A stretch of 64,000 nt of DNA from contig NW_003314301.1 of the NCBI RefSeq assembly GCF_000143415.4, forward strand, positions 406,259-470,258, in the 5' to 3' direction. Both the position numbers and the translations under genes were made by a program. Origin of the DNA: Selaginella moellendorffii (lineage: Eukaryota > Plantae > Lycopodiophyta). Under the pieces are notes generated by a model. That model worked only from the letters and a program-made list of their open reading frames with translations. It was not told the DNA's origin and made no database searches. Shown here one piece after another: positions 13,493 to 25,453 of the stretch; positions within the stretch are counted from its first letter, which is position 1, and the number at the start of each line of letters is the position of its first letter.

Positions 13493-13657
13493 TTAGTGAA
13501 ATCTTTGGAGTCTAAAAGTGTGCTTCGAAGTAACTGTGATGCATGACTGGCTTAGTCTAGTCTCACGAGAAGTCGTCTCATCTATCAAAATATCAAACTC
13601 ATCTTGATTAAAACTAGAAAAACTGGGACAACTGGCCAGATCCAAGCTTGCAGTATC

Positions 13658-14009
13658 TGAAATAAACAAGAGAGCGAACCCTAGGCCAACCTCTCAACCG
13701 TTAAGGCGTTACGGCCTTAAATCCCACAGGCCATGGAATATTCTCAGAATATTCCCATGGTTCGTGTCCCCTCATGACCCAGCCACATACGGCAGCCTCG
13801 AGAAGCTAAACGAGCCTCACATGAAGGGAGTCCAAGGCAATACGGCCATGGAGAAAAGATGTGCAAACGGCAACACCAACATTGTGACAAACGGCCACAA
13901 AAGAAAGAAAGCAATACGGCTTTCTCACATGACAATACAGTCATGGAAACAAGAGAATGAGAATAGAACAAACGGCTTAAATCATATAGTAATACGGTTA
14001 TAGAACTCA
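13658..14009 (-). repeat. 3' LTR (352 bp) of the chromovirus element
   Basis: TGAAATAAAC...GAACTCA, adjacent to the PPT. The first ~65 bp match 18712-18777. Confidence 0.85.
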
Positions 14010-14445
14010 ATTCTCCCCTTCTTTAGGAATGTCATCCAAGTCATAACCAAAACTCGGAAACACTCTCTTCACGTCATCCTTAGTTTCCCATGTAGCTTCG
14101 TCCATGGAATAACCATTCCATTGAACTAACAACTCCTTAGTTGTTTTCCGGCGTGTTTTCACCAATCTTTGAGCAAGAATATTGGCCGGACCAGCCTTCT
14201 CTGCATCAATCTCTGGAACCTGGATGATGGACTGATCCACAATATCACCAGAGTGCAAACACGCTTTAAGCTTGCTCACATGGAACGTTGGATGAATCTT
14301 CAAACTAACTGGCAAGTCCAAAGTGTATGCAAGATCCCCTACACGCTGTAAAATTCTCCAAGGTCCACAATACCGTGGAGACAACTTAGCACTGCCACCT
14401 CCTTTTAGAGACCGTTGTGCATCTGATAGCTTAAAGAAAACCTTG
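14007..14445 (-). pseudogene. Integrase C-terminal SH3-like/GPW motif and chromodomain
   Basis: KLSPRYCGPWRILQRVGDLAYTLDLP...IHPTFHVSKLK...ELLVQWNGYSMDEATWE. Separated from the integrase core by the nested solo LTR. Confidence 0.9.
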
Positions 14446-16283
14446 TGTGAGACACAAAATCCCTAGGCCCCAAAGTGGAGCCGGAAGGGCGCCACATAGT
14501 AGTGGCCGAAGCGAGAGCCAAACGAGCGTAACACGTTTGGACCAAAAGCTCCGACTTGAAAAGTCAAGAGCGGGAGTGGAACTCCCAACGAAGTGCCCAA
14601 GGAACGAGCACGAAGCGAGCAAAAGGCGAGGCTCCAAAAAGGGACCCAAAAGGACCAACACATGACACGTGGGAGTGTCCGAGATGGACTCGAGTTGGAG
14701 TCCGAAGTGGAGTCCGAAATGGACTCGAGTTGGAGTCCGAAGTGGAGTCCGAGATGGACTCGAGTTGGAGTCCGAAGTGGAGTCCGAGATGGACTCGAGT
14801 TGGAGTCCGAAGTGGAGTCCGAGATGGACCCGAGTTGGAGTCCGAAGTGGAGTCCGAGGTGGACCCGAGATGGACCCGAGTTGGAGTCCGAGATGGAGTC
14901 CGAGGTGGACCCGAGATGGACCCGAGTTGGAGTCCGAAGTGGAGTCCGAGATGGACCCGAGATGGAGTCCGAGATGGAGTCCGAGATGGAGTCCGAGGTG
15001 GACCCGAGATGGACCCGAAATGGAGTCCGAGATGGAGTCCGAGATGGACCCGAGATGGAGTCCGAGATGGAGTCCGAGATGGACCCGAGATGGACCCGAG
15101 ATGGAGTCCGAGATGGAGTTCGAGATGGAGTCCGAAGTCGAGACCGAGACCGGGACCGAGACCGGGACCGAGACCGAGACCGAGACCGAGATCGGGACCG
15201 AGACCGAGACCGAGGCCGAGGCCGAGTCCGAGTCCGAATCTGAGTCCGAGTCCGAGTCCGAGTCCGAGTCTGAGTCCGGAGCCTGAGAGGGTGAAAGCCC
15301 AAAGCGTTCGTCTCCCAGACCCTGGGGGGTTTGGTGAGCTCCAAAAGTATAGTAGGGGGAGGACTGCAGTGGAGCCAGTTTGGCCAGGAAAGGCCAGTTT
15401 GGCCCAGGAAGGGCCAGACCCAGTGTTGGGTGATGAACTGACCACTGGGAAGTCCAAGACTGGAGTGAATACGGACCGACAAGCGGGGTAGCTTGGTGAA
15501 GTGTTCAAGAGCCGGCTCTAGTTCCCCCGGGAGATCGACTGGCCGATGCTCCCAGTCCAAGTGTGGGTGGCACTACCTACTTGGATACCAGGCGTGGCTC
15601 AACGAAACCTCGCTCTAAGCCCATGGCTAGAGCACCTAAAGGCGAAAGGCGGGGAGAGTACCCTGGTGGCTCGCGTAAGGCCACGGTGTTCCGAAATGTT
15701 GTCCCAAAGGCCTAGACTGTGGAAAGGAAGAGGAGCAGTCCTCTGGGGTAGTGACCAAGGACACAGTCGTGTGGTGAGGAAGTCCCAGAGGACCATGGGA
15801 CTTAGTGGTCGGGCCTGTGGGCCTCGACCCAGTGGCAGTGTTGGCAAACACGGCCAGGGGCAGAAAGGGACTTGGTAGGAACTGACAAAGGGACTTTGGG
15901 GAAGGCGATTCCCCAGGTCTGTGGGCATCCCAAGGATGCTAAGGAGTGGATCTAGGATGACCACTCGTGGACAGATGGCCCAGTCTTGGAGAGCCAAGAC
16001 TGTGATGCAAGTGGTATTGGACTACCAGTGTGGCAAAGGTGATTGGGCATGGCCTTAGCGTAACGGGCGGCTATGTCGGTGGTACCTTTGAGTGTCGGTC
16101 ATGGGATCGGACACGTGGAGCACTTGGACCAAGTGCAAATGTTGAGTGGCATGGATGCCATTCTCGGGGCTAGCAAGTCCCAAGTCCTGGATTGGACTTA
16201 TGGAGGTTGTGAATGAGACTCCTCCAAGTGGTCAGAGGTGTGGTTAAGTGACTAAAGTAGAATGGAAAAATTAGTCACTTACA
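14446..16283 (+). mobile_element. Nested solo LTR (1838 bp) of a second LTR-retrotransposon family
   Basis: TGTGAG...CTTACA with TSD CCTTG (14441-14445, 16284-16288). Removing it rejoins integrase VGDKV-FLKL. Orientation is set by the homologous LTR at 58595, which abuts a PBS. Confidence 0.9.
14679..15280. repeat. Composite tandem repeat (35-bp, then 11/12-bp, then 6-bp units)
   Basis: (GAGATGGACTC GAGTTGGAGTCC GAAGTGGAGTCC)n, then GAGATGGAGTCC/GAGATGGACCC, then (GAGACC)n and (GAGTCC)n. Confidence 0.95.
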
Positions 16284-17436
16284 CCTTGTCACCAACTTTG
16301 TACTCTTGATGATGATGATGCTCATCAGCCAATCTTTTGTCTCGTTCTTGAGTTTGCCTCATGTTCAATTTTGCCAACTCAAGCTTGTCTTGCATATCCT
16401 CCAGGAAATCACAAGCATGAGGAACCCGAACCAAAGCTAAATTCAAACTCACAGGAGACCTAGGCTCATAGCCATACATCGCCATAAAAGGAGACATGCC
16501 AATAGCCGATTGATGAGCGCTATTGTGAGCAAACTGAAGTAAAGGCAAGTATTTCTCCCATACTCCCTGTCGAGTCAAGTTTCCCACAAAAGACCGTAGC
16601 ATATCTTCTAATAGCTGATTCATGCGCTCTGTCTGCCCATCAGATTGTGGATGCTCACCACTACTCATGCTCAGCTTAGTCTCTAGCTTCTCAAAGACCA
16701 TTTGCCAAAACTTGGACGTGAACTTGGGATCCCGATCACTCACAATGTCACCTGGCAAACCATAGAGACTGAATAACCAATCTATAAACAGCTGAGCAAG
16801 TTCAGAAGCTTTTATCGTTGTCTTCACAGGGAAGAAGTGAGCCATCTTCGTCAAACGATCCACAACAACCCAAATAGCATCATTTCCTCGAAAGGTTTTG
16901 GGCAAACCAGTGATAAAGTCCATCGAGATGCTATCCCACTTATTCTCGGGTACATGTAAAGGATGATGGAGGCTAGCGAGCTTCTGATGATCAACTTTGA
17001 CCGCCTGGCAGGTCAAACAACCACGTACGTACTTCTCAACATCTGACTTCATCCCAGGCCAAAAGAAATGCCTCTTCACCAACATATACGTTCTCAATAC
17101 CCCCGGATGCTCAGCACTTGGCATATCATGACACTCAACCAAAATCCGTTTGATGAGTTTGTCAACACAAGGAACCACTACACGTCCCTTCTTCACCAGG
17201 ATTCCATCTCGTATTTCGAATGACGCAAACTTGTCACCCTTCAAATTCGTAGAGGTGTCCCTCAACAAAACCTTCGTGCAAATATCATTGATGAAGGAGT
17301 CGAAGTCAGCAAACTCCTTAAGCTCATCCAAGAAATCGCTAGATAGCTTCACGAATGAGATAGAATTTACCATCCTGGATAACGCATCAGCCACCTTATT
17401 GTCACCTCCATGCTTGTACCAGATCTTAACTGACAT
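16284..17436 (-). pseudogene. Retrotransposon integrase (zinc finger and DDE core)
   Basis: NKVADALSR, ECHD...HPG, CLTCQ, SMDFITGLP, VVDRLTKMAHF, IVSDRDPKF, HPQSDGQTERMNQ. Confidence 0.95.
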
Positions 17437-17685
17437 TTCTTGCAGGAACTTTTGCCAACGAGCAAGGTGGCCTCAAAGATCCACATCTAGAGAGACTGAT
17501 GATTGGAATCTACATAGAAGTCCGATCTATATAGATAATATTGCCATTCTAGAGTAAGTCAATTCCACTATGTGGCATCAAACTTGTGGCTCATGAATGC
17601 GAGACAATGCCTAACTTGAAGCAATATGGCCCCAAAAGCACTATCACTCACATCATTGCCTATAATTTCCACCACAATCACCTTA

Positions 17686-18681
17686 TTATTCATTGACCCT
17701 TTCAGAACAATCCTTGCTTTGATGTCCAACTCTATGGCAACAAAAACAATTGCCCTCCGCCTTATCCTTCTCTCGCTGGTCCAAACAAAGTTTCTTAGCC
17801 TCACTACCATCTTCATGCTTCGAGCCATAACAAAACAATAGTTGTTTCTTCCCCGAATATGAAGCATTGGCGAGCTGGTCATCACGTTGACTACTCCGTA
17901 GACCATCTCGTCGACCAGAGTTGACCGAGTTGACTGACAGTTCGGGCGAAAAGATCTGAGCCTTAGTGATAGCATCAGTCAATGTTGCTGGAAAATCCTT
18001 CTTGACCTTTTGCTACACATCCACCGAGCTCAATCCTTTGATAAAACATTGCACCTTTAGTAGCTCATTATAGGTGCCTGTGAGACTAAGGCAAAGATCA
18101 TGGAACTTGCAGACATACGCATCCAAAGACAGAGTCCCTTGCCGGATCTCTAACAACTGATTCACAAGATCAACTTCTTCAAACTTCTTGACAAATGAAG
18201 TGCAGAAAACCTTTGTCAAATTAGTCCAAGAAGTCGGCTTCGGATTAGCTTTGATGTAGTTCTTCCACCACGAAGAAGCATGGCCCGTAAGCTTCGTCAC
18301 AAAGAAATCTATCTTCACCTTATCCTCACAAGGATTGTGAGACCAACAACTTTCCCACAATTCCAACCAAGAATCAACCTCTTGACTATCACAAACATTT
18401 GGTGATGATTTCCATTCCACGATACCATAATCCTTGGCATGCTTGATATACCAATGGTAATCACGGACATGAGATTGATTCAACCCTTGAGGGTTTATGC
18501 GAAGCAAGAAATCCTTAATGAGATTGACATAATCCTTAACTTCCTTTATGTCGCTCTGAACCTCAGAAATCTGGCGTCCTTGCCACACAACGACATCATC
18601 AAGAGTTTCTTCCACATCATCATGGCTATCATCACTAATGCCATACTTCTCATCAGGATCAATGTCTTGCTCTCCCGCCAT
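17686..18681 (-). pseudogene. Retrotransposon gag with in-frame premature stop at 18013 and CCHC knuckle
   Basis: LTGHASSWW...IRQGTLSLDAYVCKFHDL...FIKGL. The same frame continues past the TAG into CFCCHRVGHQSKDC. Confidence 0.85.
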
Positions 18682-18711
18682 CCCCAAAAGAACGTGCTGC
18701 TCCGATACCAA

Positions 18712-18785
18712 TGAAACGAACAAGAGAGCGAACCCTAGGCCAGCCTCTCAACCCTTAAGGCGTTACAGCCTTAAATCTCGTGTCA
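18712..18785 (-). repeat. Shortened 5' LTR (74 bp) of the chromovirus element
   Basis: TGAAACGAAC...CGTGTCA, lying between the PBS and the TSD. Confidence 0.8.
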
Positions 18786-21700
18786 GTATCTGGAGCCTGG
18801 AACTCTTCCCAGGGATGAGGCCTAGAGGACGCTCTTGCCAGGTGTTTAGAAGAGGTAACTTCGTGGGCAACGGAGCTGGCCGAGAAGTGGTGGTGGCGGA
18901 AGAGCTAGGAGCTTGCGAAAGATTTGTTTTTGGAGATGGATGATCTTTGGTGGAAGATGGAGATGGAGAGGGATTAACCGGTGGAACAAATGGAAGCTTT
19001 GGGCGAGAGAGTCTTATGTGCTCGTAGCGGCAGTGGCTGCCATAGGAGCAAACACCGCTCTGGTAAAACGTACAAATCTGAGAGGAAAAACGTCCGAGAA
19101 AAAACCAAGAACAAATTGAATTGGGATCGAACAATCTTACGTTGCTGGATGGATCGTCGAAGCTGTGGGAGAATTGGCAGGAATCGCCCTTGAGGCACGC
19201 GCCGTGGAGATAATACTTGGAGAGGATTCTACATCGGATCAATCGATAGCAGCAGTGAGCGAGAGCGCTACGAGCAGAGAAGAGCGGCAGTCACCAAATG
19301 TGGCCCTTGCATTCGATCGTGGCACTCGCATTCCCATCGCCACAGCGCTCGCCAAAGAAGTCGCATCGATGATGAGGATTTCGCTCAAGCTCGAAGTCCG
19401 GTTCATCACCATAGTCTCTGGCTTGATGTGTTTTTCACATTGCTCCTTATTTTTCTGGCTAGATCTCCCGCCAGGAATTGCTCAATCCCCTCTCCGGTTG
19501 GAATCAATCTGCACGCGCATTGGAGCAATTCGCGCAAGAATCGCAATATACTCTCATGATTTTCTTTTAAGAAACATTCCAGCTCAGAAGGTCTCCAACT
19601 TCAAACGAAATTCTCAGTACACTTTGTTTTGTCGCTGGCAACCCGAGTTATATATATACGTCCATTTGGAAGACAGATACTCGTGTAGAAGTGGTGGGGC
19701 CTAGAATCCCAACAAAATCCCGCCACGTGTACGACACTTCATCAGTTAATTGCCACGTCACCAGCTAAATATTGGACGGCTTGAAGATCGACGGCTTCGA
19801 TTTGCCCACAGTGGACGGCTCAGATTTTGTATAAAAGAACGGTTCAGATTGTTTTAAACACACGGTCTAAAGTTTACATCTAAGGACGGCCCAGATTTTA
19901 TCTAGCACATTGCCATGAAGAGGAGTCTTCCAGGGTCCATGTAACTTGGCATTCCTGAGCTTGACATCACGCCACCTGAAAGGAGAAAACAAAGGTAAGT
20001 CAAGAGAAACAAAGTAATGGAGTGAACAATTTGTGGGAGCTTGAGAGCTTCTTTAAAAGTTCCTAGATTGCTGACAATTGCAACAATGTCACTTCTGACA
20101 ACTTAAAGCAGAAAGAAATAATAACAAACAACCTTCATCGTTTCCACTAGTGGACCAAGTTTGCGAATTACACTTAGAAAGCAAAATCTTGGGAGAGGAA
20201 CAAATATTACCATCTGTGGCTTTCACGAGGTTTTCCATGTCAAAAAAAAAGGATTCAAGGAGAGAGAAAAGAAAAAAGGAAATTGGGGTTCATGATCGTC
20301 ATGTGAAGGTCACACTTTTGTCTCCTCTTTGACCTCTTCAACAAAAGAAGAATCAGTGAACTATAGAAAAGGAAGTAAAAAAGAACAAACCTTGACTGCA
20401 GCTTGAAGTCGTCCACCGTCTCAGTCGAGTTGGAACTGGACACAGACATTGATTCCACTCTCGGCATATCTGCTCGAGGAAGATAAAAAAATAGAAGATC
20501 AGAAGTTTGACAAAACTGGAGGATACTTACTTCGATTCTCCTAACGATCAACTTCCAGGACGAAAAGGCGAAGCCAAGGACGAGAGCTTTCCAACAATCT
20601 TGCCGTCGGAGAAGCTGATCAAGTCCCGATGCACGCTACGAGGCGCTAGGGTTTTGAGGAGCCGTCATAAGTTCTTTTGTGAGATCCTCGCAACGTTCGT
20701 AGCTCAAACTCACTGCAGTGGAACAAGCTCGTGCCTTTGATGTATCAACACGAGGCGGATGAAATAGAGGCCACTCGAATCCTCCTCCTCTAGCGCCCAG
20801 AGTAGGACGGAGGAAGCGCTCGCCAATGCAGGGGAGCCACGCGCCAGAGAGTTCGTGCCCTTCATACGAAAACGACCAGACAGGAGAGATTCTTCCGACT
20901 GCGACAGCTACAACCAGGAAACCTTGCAGTTTCACGGCCATCTGACGAGCAGGTGGCAGAGCATGGGGCGGAGCATGGTACCGGGTATGGCATGTCCCAT
21001 GGTAGATTTCTCGAGCGAGCATGAGTGCCTAAAGAGGACAATCCTTACAGTCTCGGTCGGCATGGCTTTACTAGAGTGGACAGGACGCGAGGCGGAGCGA
21101 CATCACGCTTGACAGCTTTCAGAACTTCTGGGCAAGCAAGAGGGGCGTCGTCCTGGGGGCTCTTCCCAAGGAATGCCTGACCCAAGGAGTGACGGATGAA
21201 TATGTGAAATCGTATAAAAAGCAGTGTAGTCTGTTCGTGGAGCTTGCCAAGGCTATAGCTGCTGCAGAAGGGGTGCTCGTCGACATTACGTGGGGCTCAG
21301 AAGGCGCTGAGGACCCTGTTTTTGAGGGAGGTACTCCAGAAGGCCAGACAGTTTCTTCAAAATCGGCGATACATGGATCGGTATAGAGTTGAAGAATACA
21401 AAGAGTCGTAGCCACAAGATTGCCGATGCCAGGGGATAGGTGGTTATTCTTGGTAACTTGTTGTGGAGGCGGAGAAGCAGATCCGAGCTGTTCTACACGT
21501 TCCAGAATGAAGTCCTTGGCCTTGTCGGGAACGGCATCGGCGTGCAATGCGTGAGGCAGATCCATGCTTATGGGCGGCGCGTGAAAACTTATGACGGGCC
21601 GCTGCTTCCACTTGCGAATGTGGATTGGATTCCTACGCGATAGACAAGGTGTCACCGTCTCTGGAGTGGGTGGCCACTGCTCTTTATCGGGTAGTGATGA

Positions 21701-22099
21701 CCAATGCGTCCAACATGAGTGCTCGTGGCGAAATGGACCAGGACGGCTTCCACCGCAAATACGGCAGCCTCAAACTCCTGACCCGGGATCTCCAGCTTGC
21801 AAGCGTGACAAGAGTCGCCAAGGAAGTTATGGTAACTGTCGTGGGAGCTACCCGGAACAACAGGATATCCGTGGTTATGAAAGTCTTGTGGGAAGGCGAA
21901 GTGTGGTGAAGTTGGCCACAGAAGCAGAGGCACGCAGCAAGGCCCTTGAGGAACCTGACGAGCTCCCTACTGGAGGCTGGGAAAGGTGGTTCCAGACGGC
22001 CCCAGCACCGCGACGTTCGTGTCGATCCTTACGCCGGGCTAGAGTTCTTCGAATCGATGGAGCCGCGATTTGGGAGATGGAGCACTAAGTCGAGGATGG

Positions 22100-22285
22100 C
22101 GAGGAAGATGCCATTAGCGGCAAATGCGGTGATTGTGCTGGCGGCGTGTCGGAAGTGGCGGCGTGTGGAGATTGGCGAGGTTGCGTTTGAGGCTTTGATC
22201 GATCTGGGCGAGCGGCATGCTGCAATCTATCTCCTCATGGCTGGGATCTACGCGGGCGAGGGGAGGTGGGCGGATCGAGAGCAAT
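22100..22285 (+). pseudogene. Isolated PPR E-domain fragment
   Basis: VLAACRKWRRVEIGEVAFEALIDLGERHAAIYLLMAGIYAGEGRW resembles the E domain of the PPR at 7500-10133. Confidence 0.75.
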
Positions 22286-23722
22286 GCGATCGTTGTTTCA
22301 TGCAATCAATACCCAAGTTACCAGTTCAACCATGTGTGAAGGAAGTCAAACCGCGCCAACAGCAGAAAGATCGAATCCTTCACTCATAATTAAGAAACTA
22401 AAAAAATTTACGTCTCCCTGAACGATTCTTCAGTCAAGAGTTTCACGTCAACTCTCCGATTCCGGCTACGCTTTTGTATGCAGCAATCGGAGTGGCTCGC
22501 AATCCATAGCCACACTGGCTTCCCCGCCCTGAATCATGCTATCTCCTTTTCGCTCAGCTTCATGCAGCATATTTGTGGGGAGCACCTTCTGTTGTCCCGC
22601 CACGAAGCTCCAGCCAAGTCTGTTCACACCACAGGAAACGGAATCAAGAAAAGAGAAAGGACAACAACTCACTTGCGCAGTAGCGGCGGGTAAAGGTGCC
22701 GTCCGTGCTCCTCGATGAGAGATGTCACGATCGCAGTCCTGATTTGCAGAACCTCAAACTCATCACCAGGCACAGCAGCATCGCATCTTGAGGCAGCAAT
22801 AAAGCAAGCTCTCCTCGTCGTGCACCACGTCCGTGGACCTCCCCCCACAAAAGTAACAATCCGGGGACATCTCCCAGTTGGGGATTTTGGGTATACCATA
22901 CACCACTTCCAAACTTGGCCAGGCTTTGTCCACCACGCGTACCAGGCTCGAAAATGGACGACTGCAGGCCAGACACCCCAGTCTATCAAGCTGTAGACAC
23001 CATCCTTGATAGACTTGGGCTGGAGATTTTAAACTGGTTTTAATTTAAGAAAATAGGATTAAAAGTTTTAAACCATAGTTGTTAAGAAAATCAATCACAA
23101 CCATTTAAAACCTAGAATTCAAGCTATTAATAAAAATAGAATATGCTCAAACTCCCAATGAGCAAACCAAAAACACAAATTTTTAAACTTAAAAAATAAT
23201 TCTTTTATTTATTGATTGCTATCTTGGGATCACCGTGACGAAGAACCGTACGACCTAATTCCCTAAAGGTCAAAACTATTTAACCTGGTTTTAGGGCTTT
23301 TCCTCTCCGCCACCTTTTCATCCAAAGCTTATGTTTAGAGTTCCGTTTCCGTGATCCAGGGTTTCTTTCTTGATATGTCGATGTGATCTTCCTCTTTTCT
23401 CGATGATCTCCATCTTTCTTCCTCGCATCTTCGCATATTCCAAGAAAAAAGGTGTAAAAAGAGGGTATTATTAAGCTAATTATTTTGGTTTATTGATTAG
23501 TAAAAAGGAGAGAAAAACCACAAAAAGGGGGGGAAAAACGAAACAAAGAGCCGGTTCTCATCACCTCGGGAATGACGCTGATCATAGCAGAGTTCCTCCG
23601 CTACAGCTTCATAAAAAAAAAAGAGAGAAGAAAACAAAAAGAGAGAGAGAGGAAGACCGAGACTCCATTTTTCTTTTTTGCGCTTCTAGAGTCGTCATGT
23701 ACAGTGTCGTTGTGATGAGATT

Positions 23723-25453
23723 TCACACGTTGAGGATGACCGAAGCAACCTTGTCCTTCCTCTGGACGGCCTTGACCGCGGCCACTCTCGCAGCGTTTGC
23801 TGCTTTGTTCGCGGCCGCCACGGCCTTGTTGACGCGATCATCCACTCGCGGAACGTCCAGGGCTTTCTTCCCAGCTCGTCTCGCTTCCTGGAAGCAACAG
23901 CTCGATTAGATCCGATCGAGAAAGCTAAATCTTCGCACTTGGCTGCTACTAAGACTCGAAGAACTCGAAGAAAGAAGACGAGTTTGCTACTAAGACTCGA
24001 AGGACTTGAACAACGTGAGAGAGGAGTTTACCTGGACGACGTTGAGAACTTTGGCGTGGCTGACGGCCGTCGAGGAACCTGGAGCCGGGTTCAGTGTGCT
24101 GGGAACCTCCAATGCACCGCAGTTCCAGTGGCCGGCCTGCGTCTCGCCGTTTCGAAACGTGTAGAGTCCCAGGCCTTGCTTGCGGCCTTCGTGCCAGGCA
24201 CCCTCGTACAAGTGCCCGTTCGCAAAGTGGTAGACTCCATAGCCATGCATCTTGTCGGCGAAGTACTCGCCAGCGTAAGTATCACCGTTCCTGGAACAAA
24301 GCCAAAAGAAAAGGTTGGAGGAAACTTTCTCGGACGATCAAGCTTACCTGAATCTGTAGTAGCCAAAACCATGCTTCATCCCACGCTTAAACTCCCCCAC
24401 GTACCGACTTCCATCCTCGCAAGTCTGGACGCCATAGCCGTGACTTTGGCCTCCACACCACTCCCCGGAGTAGACATCTCCCGTGTAGAATCTGTAAACT
24501 CCATAGCCGTCTCTCAATCCTTGCCTGTACTGCCCCCGGTACCGGCTTCCTCTAGCCCAAGTCTCGACGCCATAGCCGTCATACTTCCCATCCACCCAGT
24601 CTCCCTCGTATTTCCCACTCAAGTAGAAGTAGTAGACACCACTTCCCGAGAATCTTCCCTGGTAGAACTCACCTTCATACACGTCTCCGTTGCTGTATCT
24701 CTGCACGCCTTCGCCAAAAAGCCGGCTTTTCTCGATCCTCGGCTTGGAACCGATGGTCCAGGTAATTGTCGGCCCACCAGCAGTAGCAGCCGAGGAAGAA
24801 TTCGAGCACCTCTTGTCCCTGTGATCGTCCAGGAAAATCCCCAGCGGCCGCAGGAGCATCCCATTCAGCCGGCTGTGCGCCAAGATGGTCCGAAGCACGT
24901 AGAGCGAGTGCGACTTGGAGGAGACGAAGTGGACGAGAGCCACCCTCGCGCAGAAGGCCAGAGCCGCGAAGAAGAGCAGCATCGCGAGAAAATCCAGCCA
25001 GAAGCTCCCAGTGCTGGAGCCCGAGTAAGAAGAACTGGCACTGGTGGATAAGCCCAAGCTCGAGGAAGACGAAGATGGAATGCTCGTAAACTTCCAGTAC
25101 CACCACACGAAAGGGACGAGGACGAGCACCACTGGAGGTAGCAAGAGCTGGAACTCAAACCGGGTGCCTCTTTGATGAAAGCCCACTATATCCTGTCCTC
25201 GCGGAGTCTGGTCGACCTCTGGCAAGAATCCACCGCCGCTACGCCCACCGCCACCACTACCACCACCACTACCGCCGCCGCCGCCACCTACATCGCTGCT
25301 CAAAGAGGAGGAAGAGCCCACTGTGAGCTCCGATAAGCACGAGAGGCTATCAATCCCGGCCTTGACAGTCGGCGAGCGGCACAGCGATGGAGAGCGTCCT
25401 ATCTTGGAGATTATCAGAGATTTTCCAGTCGCCGATGGAGACTCGATCTCCAT
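23723..25453 (-). CDS. MORN-repeat membrane protein (SET7/9-family-annotated type), 3 exons
   Basis: Two TM segments, ITWTIGSK motif and repeated YxGxWxxGxxxGYG MORN units. C-terminal VNKAVAAANKAANAARVAAVKAVQ; stop TGA at 23723-23725. Confidence 0.9.

Larger units (their letters stand above)
13658..18785 (-). mobile_element. Ty3/Gypsy chromovirus-type LTR retrotransposon, non-autonomous deletion derivative (no protease/RT seen)
   Basis: TG...CA ends with 5-bp TSD GTATC (13653-13657, 18786-18790). PBS TGGTATCGGAGC (18710-18699) and PPT AAAGAAGGGGAGAA next to 14010. Contains gag, zinc knuckle CFCCHRVGHQSKDC, RNase H remnant, integrase and chromodomain. Confidence 0.93.
13625..23285 (-). pseudogene. 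Truncated, disrupted duplicate of the makorin gene (pieces 13625-13657, 18791-19250, 23229-23285)
   Basis: The pieces align to makorin ~11180-11212, ~11213-11745 (with deletions; first CCCH Cys changed to Ser) and 11797-11853 (5' UTR). The ATG is lost and the 3' half is absent. Confidence 0.88.

Noticed and set aside
14679-15135. CRISPR-like appearance of 35-bp repeats
   Set aside because: No unique spacers, no cas genes, and a eukaryotic LTR context.
14463-15560. Long RS/RD/GL-repeat ORFs on both strands resembling SR proteins
   Set aside because: They are by-products of a stop-free tandem repeat inside a solo LTR.
22669-22989. FVGGGPRTWC resembling a P450 heme motif
   Set aside because: The spacing does not fit FxxGxRxCxG and no other P450 motifs are seen.
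23942-24012. Direct repeat GCTACTAAGACTCGAAG in a MORN-gene intron
   Set aside because: Ordinary short local duplication with no further structure.
23939-25051. 370-aa plus-strand ORF (and similar ORFs at 9186-10091 and 31550-32332)
   Set aside because: Antisense shadows of GC-rich real CDSs.
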